Positions 54,578-63,210 of a stretch of DNA of 64,000 bases are shown here, in pieces; position 1 is the stretch's first letter; each line of letters starts with the position of its first letter. The stretch comes from Campylobacterota bacterium (GTDB lineage Bacteria; Campylobacterota; Campylobacteria; Campylobacterales; Nitratiruptoraceae). The position numbers and the translations under genes were made by a program. The stretch lies in NCBI GenBank assembly GCA_015494715.1, contig WGAT01000102.1:1431-65430 (forward strand), given 5' to 3'. Under the pieces are notes generated by a model, which made no database searches, was not told where the DNA came from, and was given only the letters and a program-made list of their open reading frames with translations.

Positions 54578-55825
54578 TTATCGCTTGATATCCATCGTCG
54601 TTTGAAGCACCTGATCGCTCGTAGTAATCGTTTTGGCACTGGCTTGATAGGCCCGTTGAGCCGTAATAAGGTTGATAAACTCTTGGGAGACATCTACGTT
54701 GCTCATCTCCAACATTCCACTACGTACTTTGCTAATCACTCCGCCCGGGACAATAATTGGAGTAAAAGTTTGCTGATTTGGCAAATAGAGGTTATCCCCT
54801 TTTCGCACGAGGGTCTCTTTATCTTTGAAAGTGGCTATGGCCAATCTAGCGATATCCTTAACCTGTCCGTTGGTATAGGAGCCTTTGATAATGCCGTCTT
54901 CGCTTACGCTAATGGACATCAAATCGCCCTTTGCATATCCGTCTTGTTGAGAATAGAAGATAAAATCAGAAGCCACCTCTTTTACATGGGCATAATCTAC
55001 GTTAATAGAGAGGTTGCCAGCGCCGTTTTGGAGGGTAAAGTTGAGCGTCTGGGTGGCATCGGAGGAGGTCAGCTCTCCGTTTTGATCAAAACTTAGCTCT
55101 TTTGGCCCCTGCTGGTTGTTCGCGTCGTCATCGAGCACGGCGTATACTTTCCATGTATTGCTAGAGGATGTGGAATCGGAATGAACAAAATAAAAAGCCA
55201 AAGTATGGGCATTGCCCAAACTATCATATACCGGCATTGCGTTGACATAGTTATACGTAGAAGAGTCATCTTTGTTAAAAGGTGCCGTGATGACGGGAAC
55301 GGTCGAATCAAGATTGGTCGGCTCCTCAAATTTTACCTTACTCGTTTTGTGGGGCTCTACCGAGCTTGGGATCGTGATGTTTCTCATAGCACCGGCCATA
55401 TTGCCCTGATCATCAAGCATCCAGCCTTGCAATTTATAGCCGTTTTGGGTGATAATATCCCCATTTGAGTCTACGCGAAAATTTCCGTCACGAGTATAGT
55501 AATCCAGATTGGCTGAAGGGTTTTTGACCATAAAAAAGCCCTCGCCGTCCAATGCCAAATTTAAAGGGTCGTTTGTATTTTTAAAAGCCCCTTGACTAAA
55601 ATCTTTACTTGTCGAACCTACGAAAGTACCCGCGCCGATCTCTTTGTTTTTTGGCGTCCCTGAAGAGGAGAATGTGGTCAAAGAGCTTGATACGAGATCT
55701 TGGAAATTTGCCCTTTCTTGTTTAAATCCTGTCGTGTTGACGTTTGCGATATTGTCCGAAATGATAGAAAGCCAATTCTTATTAGCCCCAAGTCCCGCAT
55801 TTCCCGTATAAAATGATTGTAGCAT
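54578..55825 (-). CDS. flgE: Flagellar hook protein (compact form)
   Basis: 415 aa. 'MLQSFYTGNAGL...ISDNIANVNTTGFK', and C-terminal 'LEMSNVDVSQEFINLITAQRAYQASAKTITTSDQVLQ'. Confidence 0.92.
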   Translation of the reverse strand: MLQSFYTGNAGLGANKNWLSIISDNIANVNTTGFKQERANFQDLVSSSLTTFSSSGTPKNKEIGAGTFVGSTSKDFSQGAFKNTNDPLNLALDGEGFFMVKNPSANLDYYTRDGNFRVDSNGDIITQNGYKLQGWMLDDQGNMAGAMRNITIPSSVEPHKTSKVKFEEPTNLDSTVPVITAPFNKDDSSTYNYVNAMPVYDSLGNAHTLAFYFVHSDSTSSSNTWKVYAVLDDDANNQQGPKELSFDQNGELTSSDATQTLNFTLQNGAGNLSINVDYAHVKEVASDFIFYSQQDGYAKGDLMSISVSEDGIIKGSYTNGQVKDIARLAIATFKDKETLVRKGDNLYLPNQQTFTPIIVPGGVISKVRSGMLEMSNVDVSQEFINLITAQRAYQASAKTITTSDQVLQTTMDIKR

Positions 55826-55828
55826 CGC

Positions 55829-56479
55829 TTACCCTCCTATTCTTTCTAAATCGTCTAAAGATACTTTTCCTCGCTCATAGAGCACCCAAAGATCCCCGCT
55901 ATCCCGCTCTATCCCCGTCACTTTGGCAGTAGACATCACCGCACTTTCTACCTTTTCCTCACCATTTTTAGCCACTACGCTCACTCTATAATAGCCATCT
56001 GGCACTTGATTATCCTCCAACTCAAAGGTATATTTTTGGTTTGCGTGGAGATTGGTATACTCTTTTTGCGCCACGATATTGTCCTCGTCGTCAAAAAGAT
56101 AGAGCGTAGCTTGGGTCGCATCCTTTTTGGGGATAAATTCCACTTCGCTCTTTCCTTCTTCTACCAACGTCTCATCGCCTTTGTAGAGTACTTTCTTATC
56201 GATCAGATTGGCCGTATTGAAAAAAAGCGTATTGTTGTTATCTAGCGACTTGACTGCATCCTCAAAATTCTTCATCACCTCAAGCTCTCTGAGCTTAACA
56301 GTATTATCGATAAATTTAGCGATATCTTGCGTCTCAAAAGGGTCTTGAAACTGAAAAGAGGTCAAAAGGACTTTTAAAAACCCCTCTTGATCCATCTTGG
56401 AGTTATCGTAATTGGCGTCATATACCTTGATGGGGTGTCCCGCCATACCCTGAATCGTATTGATGTTTTCCGCCGCCAT
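55829..56479 (-). CDS. flgD: Flagellar hook assembly (capping) protein
   Basis: 'MDQEGFLKVLLTSFQFQDPFE' and an Ig/Tudor-like C-terminus. The start is set at ATG 56479 (SD AAAGG). The 28-codon upstream extension in the ORF track covers the sigma54 promoter. Confidence 0.85.
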   Translation of the reverse strand: MAAENINTIQGMAGHPIKVYDANYDNSKMDQEGFLKVLLTSFQFQDPFETQDIAKFIDNTVKLRELEVMKNFEDAVKSLDNNNTLFFNTANLIDKKVLYKGDETLVEEGKSEVEFIPKKDATQATLYLFDDEDNIVAQKEYTNLHANQKYTFELEDNQVPDGYYRVSVVAKNGEEKVESAVMSTAKVTGIERDSGDLWVLYERGKVSLDDLERIGG

Positions 56480-56507
56480 AATGCACCTTTCAAATAGTGT
56501 TGTACAC

Positions 56508-56525
56508 TCGCAATCCAAACTCCAG
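56508..56525 (-). promoter_or_regulatory. Sigma54 (RpoN)-type promoter upstream of flgD-flgE
   Basis: The minus strand reads cTGGAGT-TTGGA-TTGCGa (GG-N10-GC spacing, TGG/TTGC elements), about 30 nt upstream of the flgD ATG in a 166-bp intergenic gap. Confidence 0.6.
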
Positions 56526-56645
56526 CGCCTCTCGCATCGCCAACTTCTAAGGACGCTCGCCAAGCATAAGAAGAGATTTTGACTCTATCGGATACAACGA
56601 TTGTAACGCAAACAAAGTAAATATCTCTTTAAACAAAGCGCTAGC

Positions 56646-57932
56646 TCACTCTTGCACAACCTTTTTTAACTCCTGAAAACTTTGCTCCAAATCGACCCTT
56701 TGATCCATCGGCTGGCGTAGATAATTTTCTATAACCTCTTTATGAGCGATGGCCCTGTCAATTTGAGGCGAGGCACCTTTTTTGTACAAACCCATATTGA
56801 TCATATCCTCAGCCTCTCTGTATGTAGCCATCATCGATATGAATTGAGACTGCATTTGCAAAATTTCCTCATCCACGAGTTGCGGGGTCAGACGAGAGAT
56901 ACTTTTCAAAGGATCTATGGCCGGAAAGATCCTTTTTTGAGCCATCTGTTTGGATAAGACGATATGTCCGTCCAAAAAACCGACTGCGGCATCAGCCACC
57001 GGATCGCTAGAGATCTCATCCCCTTCCACCAAAACGGTGTAGATGCCAGTAATGCTTCCTTTTCCGCTAAAAGTGCCCGCTTGTTCTATGATTTTGGGCA
57101 AAAGAGAAAAGACCGAGGGGGTATACCCTTTGGAGGTGGGCGGCTCGCCTATGGCCAAACCTATCTCTCTTTGCGCCATTGCTAATCTGGTCAAAGAATC
57201 TACCAAAAAAAGCACATCTTTTCCTCTATTGGAAAAATAACTCGCTATGGCTATGGCCACAAATACGGCCCGCACTTTGGCCAAAGGGGTCTGATCGGAA
57301 GTTGCCGTAACCACTACCGATTTTTGAAGCGTCTCTTGCGTCAGATTGTCCTCTACAAACTCCCGCACTTCCCTACCCCGCTCCCCGATCAAAGCGATAA
57401 CGTTCACATCGCTTTGCGTATAGCGCGATATCATCCCAAGCAGCGTACTTTTCCCCACGCCTGCGCTGGCAAATATCCCTATCCTTTGCCCTTTTCCCAT
57501 AGTAAGTAACCCGTTGATACTACGCACCCCCACATCAAGCGGCTCGGTGATACGATCTCGCAGCAAAGGATTGAGAGGGTCGTTGCGAAGATAATATTTG
57601 TTGGAATAACGGATATAGGATTTGTTGAGGGGATTGCCAAAAGGATCGATAATACATCCAAGCAATTCCTCGCCCACTCCAATATTTACGGGCTCCAAGG
57701 AGGCTTCGATAAAACTGCCTACTTTAATGCCTCTGGTATCATCATAAGCCATCAACAAAGTCTTGCCATCCTTAAACCCTACCACCTCAGCTTCTAATCC
57801 ATTTTCAAGATAGCACGAATCGCCAATGGAGACATTGGGCAAATAGGCCTCGATAATAGGCCCGCTTACTCCTACGATCCGGCCTTTGACGATAAATTTA
57901 GGTAAGTTTTTTAGTCTCTCTTTTAATTTCAT
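56646..57932 (-). CDS. fliI: Flagellum-specific ATPase
   Basis: 428 aa. Walker A 'GIFASAGVGKSTLLG' and Walker B 'VLFLVDSLTR'. Confidence 0.95.
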   Translation of the reverse strand: MKLKERLKNLPKFIVKGRIVGVSGPIIEAYLPNVSIGDSCYLENGLEAEVVGFKDGKTLLMAYDDTRGIKVGSFIEASLEPVNIGVGEELLGCIIDPFGNPLNKSYIRYSNKYYLRNDPLNPLLRDRITEPLDVGVRSINGLLTMGKGQRIGIFASAGVGKSTLLGMISRYTQSDVNVIALIGERGREVREFVEDNLTQETLQKSVVVTATSDQTPLAKVRAVFVAIAIASYFSNRGKDVLFLVDSLTRLAMAQREIGLAIGEPPTSKGYTPSVFSLLPKIIEQAGTFSGKGSITGIYTVLVEGDEISSDPVADAAVGFLDGHIVLSKQMAQKRIFPAIDPLKSISRLTPQLVDEEILQMQSQFISMMATYREAEDMINMGLYKKGASPQIDRAIAHKEVIENYLRQPMDQRVDLEQSFQELKKVVQE

Positions 57933-58581
57933 CTTTTATCACATTGACTTTTTCTTTTATCTTGTTTTCTATCTTAAAATCATGAAATTCTATGATAAAC
58001 TCGTTGTTTTTGAGCTCTTCGTTCTTTCTTACATCGATATTGGAAAATTTTTTCTTGATATCTTCATACAACGAGCCGTTTACTTGGATGTGAAGCGGCA
58101 AATACCCGCTAAAGTCTTCAAGCAGTTTATCCAAAGCGCTTTTGACCGTCGGGGTATTTTTCTTGTCAATAAATAAAAACTCCAGTATCTCTCCTATACT
58201 ATCTACGACAATATCGGTAAATTTAGAAAGGTACAAGGTATATTTTTGATCGAACTCTTTTTCAAAATTGACATAATTTTTCTTGAGCTCTTCTATCTCT
58301 TGTTGCTTTTGGAGCGTCAACTCCTCACGCACTCGCTCAATCTCTTTTGCCATCTCTTTTTGGGCCTTGGCCGAAGCGTCGGCAAAGCCTTGCTCATAAC
58401 TCTCTTTTGAAACCTTACTCAAAAGTTCGTTATAATGATTTTCCAATTGAATAATTTTTTCTTGATAAAACTGCTCTAGCTCTTGGAGTTTTTTATCTTT
58501 GACTTGATTGGGATGCTTTTGCTCTTCATCCTTTCTACCAATTTTACTGAGTGTGGAAAAATCGTCTAACTCCAGCTTCAT
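57898..58581 (-). CDS. fliH: Flagellar assembly protein FliH
   Basis: 227 aa. 'SYEQGFADASAKAQKEMAKEIE' coiled coil plus a C-terminal globular part. Located between fliF and fliI. Confidence 0.7.
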   Translation of the reverse strand: MKLELDDFSTLSKIGRKDEEQKHPNQVKDKKLQELEQFYQEKIIQLENHYNELLSKVSKESYEQGFADASAKAQKEMAKEIERVREELTLQKQQEIEELKKNYVNFEKEFDQKYTLYLSKFTDIVVDSIGEILEFLFIDKKNTPTVKSALDKLLEDFSGYLPLHIQVNGSLYEDIKKKFSNIDVRKNEELKNNEFIIEFHDFKIENKIKEKVNVIKDEIKRETKKLT

Positions 58582-60188
58582 TTGCCCTCTTCCTTAATCC
58601 ATTTACTAATAAGCTCGGCTACAAGCTCGGGATGCTCTTGAGATATATGCAGTATTCTTTGATACACGGGCTCGCTCTCCAAAGAGAATTCAGGCTCTTT
58701 GGCATGTAAAGCCGAAGTTGCGGAAACCGCTTCTTCGTATCCGGGATGCTCCGCTTGCAAAGCGGCAAGTCTTTGGGCTTCGAGCTGCTGCTGTTTGAGC
58801 TTTTTGTTGCGTAGGTACAAATAACCTACCAGCCCCAGCAACGCCAATAGAAGTCCTCCAATAGCGCCAAACAATACAACCCTTTGTTTGTCTTGCCCTT
58901 GACTCGGTGCAAGGGAGAGATTTTGTTGCGTAGTCTCAAAGGGTACGCTAATGACCGTAACCTTATCCCCTCTTTTTGGATCAAAACCGACTGCGCTTTT
59001 GATCAACTCCTCATAAGCTTTGATCTCGGCTTGACTCCTTGGCACAAACTTCATTTGTACACTGCCGTTGGCATCTTTTGTCTTGATATATTTGCCATCG
59101 ATAAGCACGCCCACGGATAGGCGCTTTATTCTAAAAACATTTTGCTCCGTCTTAATAAGGGATTTTGTAACATCATAGTTAGTAGTTACATCTTTTTTAC
59201 TCTTATCTAAGAGTATATTATTGTTTGTGGTACGAATGGTAGCCGGAACGTTTGTGGACGTACCGGGCGCTCCTAGAGGTTTTTTATCATATCCCTTACT
59301 CTTTTCTTGAATTTTTCGCTCACTGACTACGGCAACTCGATCCGGATCGTAGATCTCATCTTGTTTGGCTACCTTGGATGTTTCCACATCCACGTTTGCC
59401 CGCACCACCACCTTTTGAGGGCCCAGAGCGCGCGCAAGCATCGATTGTACGCTTTTTTCGATATCTCGCTTAATCTTTTTTTTGATATCGACAATACTTT
59501 TTAGATCCGTTTGAGCCTCTTCCAATAAATCTGAGAGCACCCGACCCCTATTGTCCACAACCGTTACATTTTGTGGCTTGAGTTTGGGGACGGCGTGGGA
59601 GACCAAGAAAATAATCGCTTTGACCTGCTCTTTGGTCAAATCTTTCCCCGGCCACAAGGAGACGATAACCGAAGCTTTCGCCTCGTCCTCTTCTCTAGCA
59701 AAGATAGAGTCTTGAGGCAAAGCTATATTGACCTTAGCGTCTTTGATCGCATCGATACGCTTAATGGTTCGTGCCAGCTCCCCTTCGATGGCTCGGATAT
59801 AGTTGATATTTTCTTGAAAATGGGTCGTCCCCATTTTAGGCTCGTTGAAAAGCTCAAACCCGATATCGTTGGAAGAAGGGAGCCCCTTGGCCGCTAATTT
59901 AAGCCTAACATCGTAGACCTTGTCTTTGGGCACTTCGATGATGGAGCCGTCCCCTTCGATTTTATAAGGAATTTTCTCCTCTTGTAGCACCGAGAGAATC
60001 TTACCCGCATCATCGGGGCTTAGATGAGTATAGAGTACGGCATATCTAGTCTTAGAGACATTTTGAAATAACAGAGCAGAAAGCAGCAGTATAATAGCTA
60101 ATACTCCCAGCCCTAAAAAGAGATTTTTTAAAAAATTTTGATCTTGAAAAGCGTTGGCAAATTTTTGTTTAAGCTGTTGAATATCCAA
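58578..60188 (-). CDS. fliF: Flagellar MS-ring protein
   Basis: 536 aa. 'AVLYTHLSPDDAGKILSVLQEEKIPYKIEGDGSIIEVP', a second TM near the C-terminus, and the cytoplasmic tail 'ELVAELISKWIKEE'. Confidence 0.93.
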   Translation of the reverse strand: MDIQQLKQKFANAFQDQNFLKNLFLGLGVLAIILLLSALLFQNVSKTRYAVLYTHLSPDDAGKILSVLQEEKIPYKIEGDGSIIEVPKDKVYDVRLKLAAKGLPSSNDIGFELFNEPKMGTTHFQENINYIRAIEGELARTIKRIDAIKDAKVNIALPQDSIFAREEDEAKASVIVSLWPGKDLTKEQVKAIIFLVSHAVPKLKPQNVTVVDNRGRVLSDLLEEAQTDLKSIVDIKKKIKRDIEKSVQSMLARALGPQKVVVRANVDVETSKVAKQDEIYDPDRVAVVSERKIQEKSKGYDKKPLGAPGTSTNVPATIRTTNNNILLDKSKKDVTTNYDVTKSLIKTEQNVFRIKRLSVGVLIDGKYIKTKDANGSVQMKFVPRSQAEIKAYEELIKSAVGFDPKRGDKVTVISVPFETTQQNLSLAPSQGQDKQRVVLFGAIGGLLLALLGLVGYLYLRNKKLKQQQLEAQRLAALQAEHPGYEEAVSATSALHAKEPEFSLESEPVYQRILHISQEHPELVAELISKWIKEEGK

Positions 60189-60197
60189 TGAGCCGCC

Positions 60198-60485
60198 CTA
60201 TATTTGCATCCGCATCATCTCTTGATAGGCTTCTAAAGCCTTATTGCGTATCTCCGTAGCCAAACGCAAAGAGATATCGGCTTTTTCTATCGTACTCATC
60301 AGCTCAACCATATTTTGCGTCTTTCCTTCCATAAGCCGTTCTTGCGCTTTGGTAGAGGCGTGCAGATCGTTATTGACGTCTTGGATGAAATCCTCAAGCA
60401 GATTGGAAAATTTGGTATTGGCTTTTTGGGAGGATGTTTGCTTTGGCAACTCTTTTAAAAGTGGAGAAAAGCTTTCTATTTTCAT
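60198..60485 (-). CDS. fliE: Flagellar hook-basal body protein FliE
   Basis: 95 aa. C-terminal 'LRLATEIRNKALEAYQEMMRMQI'. Confidence 0.9.
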   Translation of the reverse strand: MKIESFSPLLKELPKQTSSQKANTKFSNLLEDFIQDVNNDLHASTKAQERLMEGKTQNMVELMSTIEKADISLRLATEIRNKALEAYQEMMRMQI

Positions 60486-60496
60486 TGCACTCTTCC

Positions 60497-60904
60497 TTAA
60501 ACTTTGATGATGTCAATGCTTTTGAGCAACATCTCTTTATGGGTATTAAACGCCGTCAAATTCGCCTCGTAGGTCCTCGTGGCCGAAATCATATCCACCA
60601 TCTCCCGCATCGGATCGACGTTTGGCATCTTGACATATCCTTTTTTATCGGCCAAAGGGTTGGTAGGATCAAACTTGAGTTTATACGGAGTGTTGTCTTG
60701 CATGACCTTTTTTATCGCTACTTTAGAAAGAGGCAGCGAGCCTTGATTATCTACAATCTCTTCAAAAACCGGGATTTTTCTGCGGTACGGATTACCCGCA
60801 TCGTCTACGCTGTTAGCATTGGCCAAGTTGCTTGAGATAATATCCATACGATATTTTTGTACCGAAAGCCCCGTTTGAGCTACCTCTAAACCTTTAAAAA
60901 GCAT
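60497..60904 (-). CDS. flgC: Flagellar proximal rod protein FlgC
   Basis: 135 aa. 'DIISSNLANANSV' and 'MVDMISATRTYEANL'. Confidence 0.93.
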   Translation of the reverse strand: MLFKGLEVAQTGLSVQKYRMDIISSNLANANSVDDAGNPYRRKIPVFEEIVDNQGSLPLSKVAIKKVMQDNTPYKLKFDPTNPLADKKGYVKMPNVDPMREMVDMISATRTYEANLTAFNTHKEMLLKSIDIIKV

Positions 60905-60906
60905 AT

Positions 60907-61272
60907 CTACCTCCCGTTGATGACGAGTTTGAGTTTGGAAAACTCTTTTTTGAGATTTTCACCCAAAGCTTTATACATAATGGTGCTCTCGGCCAGCTTG
61001 GCCAACTCTTCCTCAATATCGACCCTATTATCATCATATCCTCGAATATTTGAGAGCGTTACTTCTTTGATGCCTCCTCCAGCCGGCTCTGGATCGATAT
61101 GGTTGGGATCCTCTTTTTTTAGTTCCAAATGCTCTTGAACTTTTTTCTCAAAAAGCAGCTCCTTAGGAGCGTATCCGGGAGTATCGGCATTGGCTATATT
61201 GCCCTCGATCACTTTGGTACGCTCTAGATAAAACGACGCCATTTTAGTCAATGAATCGACTTTGTCCCACAT
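60907..61272 (-). CDS. flgB: Flagellar proximal rod protein FlgB
   Basis: 121 aa. 'VIEGNIANADTPGYAPKEL' and 'ELAKLAESTIMYKAL'. Confidence 0.9.
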   Translation of the reverse strand: MWDKVDSLTKMASFYLERTKVIEGNIANADTPGYAPKELLFEKKVQEHLELKKEDPNHIDPEPAGGGIKEVTLSNIRGYDDNRVDIEEELAKLAESTIMYKALGENLKKEFSKLKLVINGR

Positions 61273-63210
61273 CTACTCTCCCTTTAGCGTTTGCATCAAC
61301 TTCGCATCCTCCAAGGCATGTTTGGCCAAAAGATACCACCCATCCTCGCACTTGTCCGAGCGCTGCAAGAGCTCTTGAGCGTATTTTATTTTACCAATTC
61401 TAATATAAGAAAGAGATAATACCCCGTTTAAAAAGCAATCACTCTCAATCTGTTTGGCAATGGGGCCCAACAGCTTGACCACATCCTCGTAACGCTCTTT
61501 TTGGATCAACTTTTTAGCAAAGCGCTGGACAAATTTACGCACGACAAGATCTTTTTCATACTCTTTAGCCAAAACGCTTCCTTGCTTTTCCAAAAAACTC
61601 GTAGCGTAGCGCAGATCCCACGAGGCGAGTATCCCAAAAATATTGGCATACAAATCTTTTTTATCACACTCGGTTTGGACTTTTTCATAGATCTCTTTCT
61701 TACAAGAAAGCTCCCCAACAAAGCAGATAGCCGCTTGCAGTTTATAGTACTCGCAATTTTTGCGCCCTACCTTTTGAAGCACTTGGATAGCTTTTTTGAA
61801 ATGTTTGGTCTCATACAAAGCTCTTGCATAGTACAACCATAGGCTATCTTCGTCATAGCGCTTGGTCAATCTCTTGAACAAGCCAAGATAGAGTTTTTGC
61901 TTTTTACATCTTTTGAGATCCTCTGCCACACGCAACAACGCCTCTTTATCAAAAACCTTGAAGAAAAAATCGGAATTTGCCTCATACAAAGCGCATACTT
62001 TAGCTCCTTGGGCGCGATCTTTTATATAAGGCCCCCACAAACGCCTAAAATACTCTATATGCTCATATTTTAAGGTGGTTGGGCTCACCAAAGAGAGCTC
62101 CCACGCCAAACGCTTTAAAAGCTTATCCGAATCTAGATCAAATACCTCCATTCCAAAATTTGCCAAAGCAAACAGACCGATATAGTTGGTACGATTTTTG
62201 ACCAGAGTCGTAATGACAAATTTTTGCGTATCTTTCAAAAAATCGGCTTGGGGCATGTACTTTTTTACATAGTAGCCAAGTTTTTTATCGATATGGATGA
62301 GATAAAGTAGCTTAAGCTTGGCCACGGTTGCGTATTGATTTTTAGGATAGTTGGTAATAAGCTGAATATACGCAGCCGCAGCCGGCTTATAGTGCTGCTC
62401 TAAAAATTTGATGTCGCCTATACGCAAAAGCGCCTTTTGTATAACCTCCTTATTTTTGACGTAACTCAAAATCCTGCGAAAGAGCTGCTCGGCAAAATGT
62501 AAATCCCCCAGCCGATAGGCAGTCTCCGCCACCAAATAGTAGTAGTGCGGATTGTCTATGAGAAAACTCTCATAATTTTTGTATGTCTTTTTGAAATAGG
62601 GTAACGCTTTGGCATACTCCTTCTTGGCAAAATAGTACATACCTTGTAAAAACTCAAACTCTTTTTTTTGCTCCTTGCTCAAAGACTCGATACTCAAAAT
62701 AAGCAAATATCTCGTAGCCATATCGAGTTTGCGCAGCCATACGGAAGACCTCAACAATCCCATAACGATTTTGAGCTTTTGAGACTTCTCTTTGGCTTTG
62801 GTGAGGGCAATCGTGTAGTTGGCCAAAGCCCGTTCGTAAAATCCCAAATTTTCAAAAATATTGGCTTTGAGATAGTAATACTGAGCATCCTTTTTCCCCC
62901 CTTTGGCCAAGTAGAGATTCAGATAGTTTTGAGCGGCCCACAAATACTTCTTGTCACCAAGCCGCTTCCCGATATAAAGATAGGTATTGGCCAACATAAA
63001 CAAAGAAGAGAGATAATAAGGGGTATTTGGAAATTTTGCCACATAAGCAAATTCGTCCAAAGCGTCGTAATACGAGCCGATACGAAAATCTCGTACCCCA
63101 TTCTGATAGACCATAGAGATATATTTGAGCTCTTTGGAAAGATTGCCATCGATAGGTTTGGCTAAAAGCCAACCGCACAAAAGAAAAATAAGGAGTTTAG
63201 ACCTTGACAT
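61273..63210 (-). CDS. Secreted TPR-repeat protein encoded at the head of the flgB operon
   Basis: 645 aa. Signal-like 'MSRSKLLIFLLCGWLLA', then many TPR-like units (for example 'YYLKANIFENLGFYERALANYTIAL'). Its stop abuts the flgB start codon. Confidence 0.6.
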   Translation of the reverse strand: MSRSKLLIFLLCGWLLAKPIDGNLSKELKYISMVYQNGVRDFRIGSYYDALDEFAYVAKFPNTPYYLSSLFMLANTYLYIGKRLGDKKYLWAAQNYLNLYLAKGGKKDAQYYYLKANIFENLGFYERALANYTIALTKAKEKSQKLKIVMGLLRSSVWLRKLDMATRYLLILSIESLSKEQKKEFEFLQGMYYFAKKEYAKALPYFKKTYKNYESFLIDNPHYYYLVAETAYRLGDLHFAEQLFRRILSYVKNKEVIQKALLRIGDIKFLEQHYKPAAAAYIQLITNYPKNQYATVAKLKLLYLIHIDKKLGYYVKKYMPQADFLKDTQKFVITTLVKNRTNYIGLFALANFGMEVFDLDSDKLLKRLAWELSLVSPTTLKYEHIEYFRRLWGPYIKDRAQGAKVCALYEANSDFFFKVFDKEALLRVAEDLKRCKKQKLYLGLFKRLTKRYDEDSLWLYYARALYETKHFKKAIQVLQKVGRKNCEYYKLQAAICFVGELSCKKEIYEKVQTECDKKDLYANIFGILASWDLRYATSFLEKQGSVLAKEYEKDLVVRKFVQRFAKKLIQKERYEDVVKLLGPIAKQIESDCFLNGVLSLSYIRIGKIKYAQELLQRSDKCEDGWYLLAKHALEDAKLMQTLKGE

